From contig JBNZDD010013672.1 in NCBI GenBank assembly GCA_050575255.1, positions 3,045,475-3,109,474 of the forward strand: a DNA stretch of 64,000 nucleotides. Reading direction: 5' to 3'. A program made the position numbers and the translations under genes. Every line of letters starts with the position of its first letter. Position 1 is the stretch's first letter. This document shows, in pieces, positions 25,101 to 37,100 of the stretch. Under the pieces are notes generated by a model, which was not told the origin of the DNA, made no database searches, and was given only the letters and a program-made list of their open reading frames with translations. The DNA comes from Harriotta raleighana. Its lineage: Eukaryota.

Positions 25101-28100
25101 CTGTGGGACACTGCTGGACGCAATGGGCTGCCTCGTTTTTCCCACAAATGTATAGAGAATTCACTTTACAGTATATTCTGTGAAGCGCTTTTGGACATCT
25201 AGAAGATGTGAAAAGCGCTATGTCAAATGCAAGAATTATTATAATTATAGATGAAACTGGATTATATTCCCTAGATTTGAAGGGCATAAAGTGAATTTTT
25301 AGACTTAATAATAAATAATAATCCCTGTGTTTAATACACTGCTTTATCATGTTGACAAAATGTCTCAAAGAGCTTCACAGAATTTACTGTAAAGTATATT
25401 AACTATGTTTTGTTGGGGAATGCAATACAGTCTGTCCTCACTTAACGTTCATTCAGCTAATGTTGTTTTGTTATTTACGTTGCTGATACATAAGCGGAAC
25501 ATATATCCATTTAACGTCACAATGTTCACTATTGCTTCGTTCGCCAGCAGGTGGAAATGACCTACTTTGGTAGCGTAGGCATATATGGATGCTGAACGTC
25601 CGGTATACCTATGTGGTTCGCTTAACGTTGTTTCGTTTTGTCGCACTTTTTCAATAACACAGCTACAACGTTAATCGAGAACTGATTGTAGCTAATTTTG
25701 CACACAGCCAGTTTCCCACAAACTGCCATGAAGTGAATAACCAATGTCATGATTGGCCAGGACAACTGGGAGAAACTCCCTTCTTTGTTTGGCCCCCTTT
25801 AATGTCCACCTAAACAGGCAGAGAGAATTTTGCTTTGATGCCTATTCTGAAGGAAGGCATATCTGATATCCCATTTCTTCCCCAGCACTTCAATGGTGCG
25901 TCAATCTAGACTTTGAACTCAAGGTCCCAATGCCTCTATCTCACAGGTGTGAGTGCTACCAACTGAGCCAGACTGGCGACTGAGACTGATATTTAGCAAA
26001 ACTTGGCCCTTGTGTTTTCTAGTATTTTATTGCATTGAAGAATGATCTGAAAGGCTTTCAAAGATAATTTTCTTCAAGCGTAGTGACTGTTTTTGCTAGA
26101 CAAATCCAATAGTCATGTGTGCCAGCAACATCTTGGTCATTGGCCAAGCTGCTGTGAGAAATTCCTTATCAAGTCAGCCAGAGCTCAGAGAGACTTAGAC
26201 GTGAAAAAGGAGGACAGTGCTTTGTGTAAGGTGTGAAGACAGCTGACTTTTCAGCAGTTTTTTTAATCTCTTGGTAAAGGCATTAAATGATAGAAAAATG
26301 CACCAAATTCTTAAACTATCAGCAGAAATAGTATGGAGCAGAAGCAAATTCCCAGATGGCTGTCAACGAGATGCAATAGAACAAAAAAGAAAACATTCCA
26401 GAGACAAACTCCAAATTCTTAAACATCACAAGTGAGCTATAATATTTGCCTGAAGTGAGTGAAAAATGACCCTTCCTGAACAATATACTAATGGCTGTAA
26501 TGAATGATGGATTAGTGGAGTTCATGGAGGATTAGTGGACTGTGGGTTAAAGCAATGACCCAGCTCATCCTCTTGAATTATAACATCTCAGTTCCCTATT
26601 GCGGCATAAAAGTTGCTTGATCATTTACTACAATATGAAGAGTGTCCACATGGGATTTATCACAATTCACACCACACATTCCAGAATGCCTTTATTAACA
26701 GCCTGCTTAATGCCACCTGTGAGTGAGATGCTCGGATTCTCAGATCTCTCCCTTTACGAGTTTCCTAATGGACTGTGTGGGGAGGAACAAATGTGATAGG
26801 CAGATTAATGACCGTTATTCTGTTCTTCCCAGATGTTCTGAGTAACATTGAACGTAAAAGTAAAATGAAGACAATATTGTTACTATTTCCCAAACTGAAC
26901 CCATTTTTCAGATGATGTCTGACCAGCGTCTCAGTCAACACACAACTGCAGCAACCCTTTTTCCCTTGATCTCAGTAACACAGCTTATCTCAACAACGAC
27001 AATTTACGTATAGTGCCCGGGATAGCATCTCAGATCGCTTTACAATGGTGGAGCCTGACACCATGGAGTGGACGAGGAATTTTGGTTGACCAAATAAAAA
27101 TAATAGAGGGAGCCAGAGAGTGAGGGAGCCAGCCAGTGAGCACGTGAGGGAATGAGTGAGACAGTGAGCGAGTGAGCAAGGGAGGGAGGAAGCGAGGCAA
27201 TGCGGCAGCCAAGCCGCCAGGCAGTCAGACGCCAGGGAACAAGCTAGTGAGCCTTGCTCGTCATGCAACGAATGAGCAAACAAACAAGCCATAATTGCCA
27301 CCGGGCTGGTCATTTTGAACACGACCCGATCTCCTAATTCTGCGTTCATTTGAACCAGTTCACCAGCCTCATCCAGGACATTGGGAACCAGCCGAGTGAT
27401 GCCATTTTCCGAGAGTAATTGGAAATTCCCAGTTAAAGACAGCTCAACTGGGGTCAGAATCCCCGATCTGGCCGAGGAGTGATTTCACAGTGGACTGAAG
27501 GTCTTAATCACTTTTGATGTCGGCACTGTTTACTATTCAGGTCCGTGCGATCAGATCGAAAGGGTTGACAGCGACCTCGAGATCAATAATTAGAACCTTC
27601 GATAATTGAAACTAACCAGATTGGTCCTTTGATCTCTTCCCCTCTCCCCCGCAGGATGAGGTGGGGTGGTCTCTGGTGCTCATCAGTCACCTACACTTCA
27701 TTAACAAGTGGCTACACAGGCCCAGTAAGGACCTACATTTCCAGTCTGCTGGTTCGCTGGAGGGCTGCAGAAACTTAACAGAATGACGTTTCAGTGCAGT
27801 GGGGTGAAAAATACGAAATTGTGCAGGCAATTACCACATTGATTCCTTTAGGAAATAGCAAAGCTTCCATCGATAATTATCAACTGCTTCCTCTCCTCTC
27901 ACAGATACCCCCCCCCCACCATCCCACCTTACCCACTCCTCGCCCCTCCTGCCCGCCCCCCCACCCACACACACACGTACCCCAATATTGAGCTCAATAT
28001 TTGAGCCCAAATATTTCTGTGCACTCAACAATAAATTTTTGAGCAGCTAAGAATAGGATTCTTGTGTAATGTAACCAGGTCCCTGTGAAGCATTCAAATT

Positions 28101-31100
28101 GAACTCTGCCTCCCTACATTTTTGATTTCTTATCTTCAGATTTGACACTAAACCAAGGTCCTATCTGCCTGTCTAGGTGGACGTTAAAGATCATTACTGT
28201 ACTCATAAAACTTAGGGAGTGTCATGGACAAGAATCCCTCCAAATAGAAATGTTGTGTCACATGATTGTTTGTGGGACATTGCTGTGTCTGCTGCGTTTA
28301 TCTACAAATAGTCTGCTGCGTTTACCTACAAAATAGTTATCCCACTTTACAGCATATCTGGCAGGTCAGGGCAAAACCTTGGGAAAGTTTCCTTACTTCA
28401 CATGCGTAATAATAATCTCTCCAAAAAAAACACAATAATAAAATTGTTCATTTCAATCCACCACTGTTTGTGGGACACTGCTGTGCGCAATTATCTACCA
28501 CGTTTCTCTCACAAATATACAGTCAATTCACTTTATATTCCGTGAAGCGCTTTGAGACGTCTAGAAGACGTGAAAAGCACTCTATCAAATGAAAAGATTA
28601 TTCTTATTACATCCTGTGAAACTCTTTGAGCATCTTGAGTTTGATAGGGCAATGTATTGATTATTATTATTATTAAAATAGCAGCCAAACACTTTTGAAG
28701 AGAGGCTCCAGACTCAACTATTGTGTCAAAATTGGCAGGGATTATTCGGGCCGAAAACTAACTGATAATTATCCACTGAAATAAGTATCAATATTGACCT
28801 GGGCAGTGATGAGCTTTTTCGCTTGTGAGGTCAGAGTTCCTGAGTCAGGTGAGTCCGCAGTATCTCAGGGAACTACTGATGACAGACTAGTCAGCCTGGC
28901 TCATTGGGGTGACTTGGAGGGAACAGACCAGTCAATGGGTGCAGGGTGTCATCCCACTCAGCTCCTGTTAACCATGCAAGCCAAAGCCCCAATGAGTAGG
29001 AAGGTTTTAGCAGCAGGAAGTTTGCAAGACAGGGCTCACAATGGCAAGCTGCTCAGTCTTATCTTGTTAAACTCTAGCAGTGCCCCCGACACATACTCTG
29101 GGGGTCCCCAAGCCTTGACCCCCACCAGCCTGCATTTAATAGTCCCCAGAATTAGGTGAACAGGGTGCATTCTTCGAGGAAGTGAGTTAAAAACAAAGTT
29201 TGTGAGATTTGCAAGGTCATGCACACAATGTTAAACTGTATTTAAGCCTAGTTTTGAATCTTACTGCACAGCGCTGCTTCATGTGTTGTGTGGATAAGTG
29301 TGAAATGCAAGGAATTTATTGGCAGGCGAGTAGAACCTTGCTTGCCCAAGGTTAATCTGATAACGCTGTCTGCACTGCACTGGACAATGTGTCCAGCTCC
29401 AAAGGCCTGCAAAAAGTGTCGATTTAAAAAATATATATATATATAGAAAGCGTTAAATGCGAGGAGCCGTTCCTTGNTTAAAAAATATATATATATAGAA
29501 AGCGTTAAATGCGAGGAACCGTTCCTTGTGCCTCATTGTGACTTCTCCGCTGCCCTGTTCACAGAACCGGCCTTTTACTTTGGGAACACGGAATATCAAG
29601 TGGACGAAAGCGACGGATACGTGGAAGTGCAAGTCTGGAGAACAGGAACCGATCTGTCCAAGACGGCAACGGTGACCATCCGGTCTCGCAAAACTGAGCC
29701 GGTGTCGGCCGAAGGTAAGAGGAAGCATTTCCTTCTGTGATTAAGAGGGTCTGAGAGATTGTAATAGTGGTAACTGAGAGAGAGAGTCTGACGTCAAAAT
29801 CAGCTGAGCATCGTGGCATCATTCAAGCAGTTCAGGGATTAGCTTCAGATCATTTACTATCACTGTGATCCTCGCTTGTTTGGAAGAGGTGCTTTCTGAG
29901 GGGGTTGGCCACCACTGCTCTGTGGTTATTGGGTTGGAGATATCTGATTTAAGTGTCTTCGGAAACAATGCCCCCGAACACATTGCTTTTCCAAGTGATA
30001 AACTGTGAGATTGGCGTTCTGAGGATTACATGAATCCTGGAGGGCAGAGATCTGGGTTCGGTTCCCGACAGGGCAAAATGTTAAGCAAGTTTCCTTACTC
30101 CACATGCCTCTGTTTACCTAGCAGTAAGTTAGGAACCTGGTTCTTAGTGGATTGGCAGATCGCTTTTCCTTCGAAAAAAGACTAAATTCGGCACTCAATT
30201 CGCAACTGTTTGTGGGACACTGCAATTAGCTGCCACGTTTCGCACACAAAATACAGTCAATTCACGTCACAGTATATTCTGCGAAGCTCTTTGAGACGCC
30301 TCGAAGGCGTGATAAGGCTCTATATCAAATGCAACGATTCCCATTATTAACTCATTCTGCGATGCTCTTTTGCAGCTGGTGTGGATTATGTAGGCATCAG
30401 CCGCAACCTGGATTTTGCCCCAGGAGTGAACATGCAGATCTTCCGAGTGACCGTACTGGATGATCTGGGCCAACCGGTGCTGGAAGGGCCCGAGAGGTTC
30501 GAACTGGTTCTCCGTATGCCCATGAACGCAGTCCTCGGGGAACCCAACAGAGTCACTGTGCTCATTAATGACTCCATCTCTGACTGTAAGTCTTCGTGGC
30601 TTTGTGCTCAGTGTCGTTCTGACAGCTTGTCAAAATGTGCCGAGATGCCCCTCAGGCATTTAATGCAACTGTCAAATTGTTTAACCGAGCAACGGACTAA
30701 AATATTGCCTGCCCTCACTTCCTTCAAGGTTCCAGTGCTTTTGTCAATATTTCCCCTCGCATCCTATCCCTGTCATCCAACCTCACCTTTCATCAATCCT
30801 GTTAAGTGATGTGGGATGTCATCCCGATGTAAAAGTCACTTTGATTTGAAGCTTAAAGTATAACCTACAAAAAGAGGTTATCGACACAATCCAGTCACTG
30901 CACTCTGCAGTGGTCCAAATCCCTGACTGTCCAGCGAGTTTGGACGTGCTGCTAACATGAAAGGAGCTATACAGTGTAATTTTGTATTGTATTTCACAGT
31001 AATTCCTGGGTAACACTTTGAGACATTTCAATATCCTGATGAGGCGCCATATCAATTTCAAGGATTATGAAAAATAATAATCCTTAAATTTGGTATCAAG

Positions 31101-34100
31101 TCTTTCTTGTCAGGGGGAAAGTCACAAAGCGCTTCACAGGAGCGCTGTAGAGTGGAGTGAATGTGTGATTTAACAAGCAAATTGAGTAGAGGAAAGGAGG
31201 GGTGGAGGAACACCTTTTTCTATTATTGGATTCAGTCCATCATGTCGTGAGACTATTGAATTATTTTCTACTGACCTTGTGACTGCTAACCAAAACATAT
31301 CGGAAAAATGCAAAGAAGCAGATTTTCTGCGTTACAGCGAATTTCCTGTCCACAGGTATTTAATGAACAGCCAAACAAGTAACCTATTGTATCTTTCCTG
31401 AAGTACCTAAGGTGCAGTTCAAAGATACTCTGTATGTGGGGAATGAGAAGGATGGCCAGGTCACAGCAGTGGTGTACAGAAGCGGTGACATCAGCTACAA
31501 ATCCACTGTGCGTTGCTACACTCGTCAAGGCTCAGCCCAGGTCATGATGGATTTCAACGAGCGTCCAAACACGGATGAGTCCATCATCACGTTCCTTCCA
31601 GGTAACTGCCCGGTGACCTTGACTCTTTCCTTTACACTGAAACGTAGACCATTTTTCAGCTCAGACAGGCCATTCAGTCCATCATGTCTTGAGACACTGC
31701 TATCGTTTGTCACCATTTTTACCCACTTTCAACTTTTATTTCTTAAATAGTAATTAATTTATATAGACAGGGTGACCAAAAAGTCTCTCTCTATGTAAAG
31801 AGAGAGAGAGACTTTTTGGTCACCCTGTGTTTTTAATATATATAGAGAGTGAGAGAGAAAGAAAGAGAGATTTGTAGTTTTGAATATTTATTGTAACGTG
31901 GGAACTGGAGTATGTCATTCAGCCTATCAACACCTTCTCTGCCCTTTTCTTAGATCAGAAAATTGATCACTTAAATCAATACAATATGAGAGGTTGAAAG
32001 GAGACCTAATAGAGGTGTTCAAATTTAGGAAGGGGTTTAAATAAGTGGAGGTACTTCTGTAGCGTCTTATTGGGACAGCAGTGGAGGTGATATAGATGTT
32101 ATAGTCTTTGTGGAGTACACTAGTGTGTATGCACTTTGTGGAGCATTGTGTACAGACCAGGTGGAATATTGCATACACACATCATGGTTTATTGTGTACA
32201 CACCTTAAGTGTTATTTCAGTGTGGTATGACCCAGCTCATGCCTCACCAGCCAAGAACACCATGGAGCACCTCTTGAAGAGCTGTGATGGAGCACTGTCT
32301 CTCTGAGGTGGACAAATGTTGGGCCAAGTGCCAAGGAGAGACAAGTGCAAGCACAGGCCATGGGGACAGATACCATTTAAAATACTCAGGGTACCTTTCA
32401 GCTAGCTCCCCGTGGTTTGACTTGATGCCAAGTCATAAGAGGTTTAAGAGAAACATTGGAGAAACATCAGCCCTGCGAGAAATCAGTCAGAGTCACTGGC
32501 ACCAAATGAAACTTTGGGTAATCCACGTGGAATGTTAGCGTGTACGTACAAAGAGAAAGAACATGATTTACTGCAAATGTACTGGGAGGGGAGATCAGAG
32601 TGGGAAAGTGGTGGTGGGTGGTTGTGGTAGGGGATGGGAGGAGGGTGGGTGGGGGAGGGAGGGAACTGATTCCCCACTCAAAGAAAAGCATGGGTAATAA
32701 CTTGGAAATTAAAACCCGTCTTCACAAAGATGTTTTCAGTGCATTCTCCAGTGGTCCGGGTGGAATGTGCTCTTTTAAAAGCACTTAAAGCTTTTTTCTT
32801 CAGACTTGATGCAGACAATAGATCCACAGTATTTTGTTCCCCATTGTTACCAATAGTACGCAGAATTGCACACCGGGTTTAAGAACACATCTGAATAGCC
32901 AGGAAATACAATAGCTCCAACTCTTTGTGTGTAGAAGTAGCTTGTGCAGTGAAACACAATGAAGGGATCGGAAACCATCATTTGAGCGATTTCCTCTCCC
33001 ATTTTTCAGGACATGTTATTTGACGGCTTAACGTGCGCCTTGGAGCAGCAGAAAAAAAAAGCCCCTGTAGGGTTTGATTCAGATTTCTGCAGTACTTTTA
33101 TATAAAGAAATAGTCTGTCTTAATTAAGGTATAATTTAAGTGCCATTTTTTGGGCTCGTGGTTTCTCTTTAAATAAAAAGCGTCTTTTCGTCAGTGTGTA
33201 CTTGACGTTGGACTCTCTTGCTCCAGGTCAGATCGAGAAGCTATGCTCTGTGACTTTAAATGACGACACGATACATGAGGATGAGGAGGAGCTCAGGTTG
33301 GTCTTGGGGACCCCCCAGAGCGAGTCGCCATTTGGTGCTTCCATCGGCGAACAGAACGAGACGCTGATAAAGATCAAAGACCATGCAGACAGTGAGTAAA
33401 TGGCCGCTACATTTCAAAACGAGGCACCATGGGACATTGATTGAGGGAGGGAGGGAGGGAGTGAGTGAGCGAGGCACGGGAATGAACAAATGCGTGTCAA
33501 GCAAGGCTGAGAGTCTCTTCTCTTTCATCTACAGAGGCCATCATTAGGTTTGGAGAGACCAAATTCAGCGTCGGCGAGCCCAAAGAGCCAGGCCACATCG
33601 CTGTCGTGAAGATCCCGGTTCTTCGGCTGGGAGACACTTCAAAGGTTTCTGTCGTGCGAGTCCATACAAAGGACGGCTCGGCTATCTCTGGAGAAGACTA
33701 CAATCCCCTGTCAGAAGGTACGGCCAACAGAGGATACCACATAACAGTTGGTACTGCAAAGAGTTGCAATATTCCACAAAGTGCATACACAAGAGTGNTG
33801 CGAGTCCATACAAAGGACGGCTCGGCTATCTCTGGAGAAGACTACAATCCCCTGTCAGAAGGTACGGCCAACAAAGGATACCACATAACAGTTGGTACTG
33901 CAAAGAGTTGCAATATTCCACAAAGTGCATACACAAGAGTGCAGGTCACAGCACTCAAGGGGCTGCGGTTTGTCTGTTCTCTCAAGGACTTTTGCCGTAG
34001 TTAAGTCAGACTTGTCCTGCAGCAGGGAAGGCTGGAAGCTAATAAGTGATGTGACCTGTTTCATTATCAACACAGAATTTTGAGATGTGCATTTTGAGCA

Positions 34101-37100
34101 ATTGTTTAGTCTGGAAATAATGTCTGAGGATATCTTGGGCTTTCATTATGTTGGTTGCAAGTGAACCAACCTGCCACAAAATCTGCCTTTAATAAGTTAC
34201 CTGGAAGACTAGGAAAGCTACAATTAAACCACTTTAATTATCATCTCAACTTGGGAAAGCAGATCAAAAGCTAAAGGGCGTTAGTGTTTATTTTTCCTTT
34301 AGATTATTGTTTTCAAAGAGCTGAATAAGGAAAGGCATCCCTAGATCTACCAGCACTTTATGAAGTCAAACTGTTCAGCTCTCTGAGACACACTACCCTG
34401 CGTAAAATGGGCAATATAAATACAGAATGTTGTTAGAAAAATGACTAAGCACATGAAAATCTAAGGAGTGAAAATTGTCACCTGGAGTACAATTTAAGAT
34501 AGCTAAGAAACAAGCAAGTGGGAAGTTCAAGAGACACTTTTCATTCAGAGTTCTTAGGATATTGAATACCCTGACGGGAGTGGTAGTTAATAGTAATAAT
34601 AATAATAATCCTTGAATTTGATATAGCGCTTTTCACATCTTCTAAACTTCTCAAAGCACATCACAAAATATACTGTAAAGTGAATTGATTGTATATTGTG
34701 GGCGAAATGCAGCAGCCAATCATGTACAGCAGTGTCCCACAAACAGTCGTGGATTGAAATGACCAATTTTATTATTGTGGAGTAACGAAACTTGCCTAAG
34801 GTTTCGCCCTGACCTGCCTAGATTCGAACACAAATCTCAAACGTGTAAGGCGAGTGCTCTAACCACTGAGCTACAGGACTAGTTGAGGCTGATTAACCTT
34901 CATTAGGGAAGTGGACAGATAGCTAAAAGGGAGTAAACTATAGGGGAATGGGTAAAGGACAGATAAATGTTCTTTAAAAGCATTGACTGAAAGTATTGTT
35001 CTTTAAACAGCAGCACAGGCACATACATATAGAGTCAATTTACTTTATAATACGTTCTGTGAAGTGCTTTGAGACATCCAGAAGACATGAAAAGCTCTAT
35101 ATCAAATCCAAGGATTATTATTATTTAGGGTTCCTACAATTCTCTCGACTGATTTTGATAAAATTTATCATTCATGTGGCTGAGGCTGTGGCTATTTGTG
35201 AGTCACTGTACTGTACTTCACACTAAATCTTGTGAAGCTTTGGTGATGTTTTGAGATGTCCTCCCATAATTGCAAGGTTTATCGTTAGTTTTTGTTAGAA
35301 AGATTCCAGAATTTACTAAACTGAGAATTCAGTCAACTTCAAAGGAAATCTTATCATAAGAACTTATTGAAAACTGGCTTCAAAGTAAAAGTTGTTTTTC
35401 TGAAATTACCAAAATCTCACCAATTCAAATAGCATCAATTTTAGACCACGGTGGAATTTGCACCCCAGCAAAATTATTAAAGCTGCATAATTAAACATGG
35501 CTCATTTGTGCAAAGGGAATGGGGGAAAGAACTGATCTTGAATTAACTTGAAGAAGATTATTATCTTGTCAGTAGTCTTAAGGTTAAGGCCGTAATAACA
35601 ATAATCCTTGCATTTGATATAGTGCTTTTCACATCTTCTAGCCATCTCACAGCGCTTTACAGAATATACTGTAAAGTGAATTGACTGTATACTTGTGGGT
35701 GAAACTTAGCAGCCAATTGAGCACAGCAGTTTTCCACAACAGTCGTGCATTGAGTGACCAAATTATTATTGGTGTTTTGAGGGCTTATGATTAGCTATGC
35801 GGAGTAAGGAAACTTGCCTCGGGTTTTGCCCTGATGAGAATTGAACCCAGGTCTCTTGCTTGCAAGGCAAGTGCTCTATCCACTGAGTTACAAGACTCCA
35901 CAATAACAATGATCCTTGCGTTTTGATCCTTGCGTTTCCTCTCACGTCGGGAGGAAGGACGTCTCAAAACCCTTCATGGGATTTAACTGATTCCAAGTCA
36001 GATCACAGTGTTTTTTTCCTCTACTGACACCCCCTATTTTGATCCATTTATAGAAATTGAATTCAAAGAGGGTCAAACTGAGCACATTGTGGAGGTTGAG
36101 GTGCTGTACGACGGAGTGAGAGAGATGCGAGAGGCCTTTACCATCCATCTGAAGCCTGATGAGAACATGGTGGCGGAAACCCAGGTAACATAAGCTCAGT
36201 GTGTTCAGTGTTTAGAGTTCAAGAGCTCCAGATGTCATCTGGCAATATAAATCAAAGTTGTTGTTGTTGTTAGATTTCTTAAGGAAATTTCTTATTAGAA
36301 ATATGATGAGTACAGTATTCTGAAAGGTACAATTTACCACAGTCTTCTCCAGATGTAAAGTGGTGGTGAAAGTCCAGACTCCGTGTTTAAGAAAGTCGTG
36401 TTATAATGCAGCCACCCGGTCAGCTCTCCCTGGAGCTGTAGGATCTCCGTCGATATCATTAAGCCGTGGCCATAGAACACAGAAAGGGTTAATAATATCA
36501 GTGGCGAGTTCTCAGTCTCTCGAATTGGAGATTATTTAGCCCGACAAGGGATTTCAACATGTGTCAAACTAAAAAGATTGCAAATGAGTTTATGCGGTCT
36601 GAACCCAATTCCTATGGGCACCATTCTACAATCACACACACTGCCAGACATTTGGCACTGCGTTGGCAATTTCTCCAACAGCTCTTAAGGATGCCTGGCG
36701 TGGGAAATGAAAATATCGCACTGTTGGTTGCAGTGATCTACTCAGGCTAAGATTAAGATGTATTCGTGGAGCAGAGAAAGCTCTCCTGTGTGCGTGACTC
36801 TGGCTGGTTCTGAGCCAGACCTGGGAGCACTTGATGCTAACAATTGGTGCCAAAAGTGAAACATTCTTCCATTCCTCAGTAATGATCAACTTTGGTTTAA
36901 AAACCACAAAGAAAAATTATGTTTAAGAAAGATCCTGGGTTATTGGAGAGCCCTAGAGTAATGCGATATCAACTCAGATATCAACTCCTGGTTTTATACC
37001 ACTATTGTGGTACTGACCTTGTTCTTCATTGGAGCTCACAGTCTATGCTGACACTATTTTGGGGCACAGGTGGGTGGAGGTGTGGAGAGCACTGGGTTGT

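Noticed and set aside
29424-29528. ~52-bp tandem duplication upstream of exon 7
   Set aside because: The copies flank a single N at 29477 and differ only in (AT)n length and one SNP, so this is most likely an assembly overlap artefact.
33655-33941. 143-bp tandem duplication of the exon 11 3' end and donor, which produces the repeated peptide in ORF 33606-34004
   Set aside because: The two copies (33655-33797 and 33799-33941) are separated by a single N and differ by about one SNP. This is typical of unmerged haplotype contig ends, so it is not treated as a real exon duplication. Read mapping would confirm.
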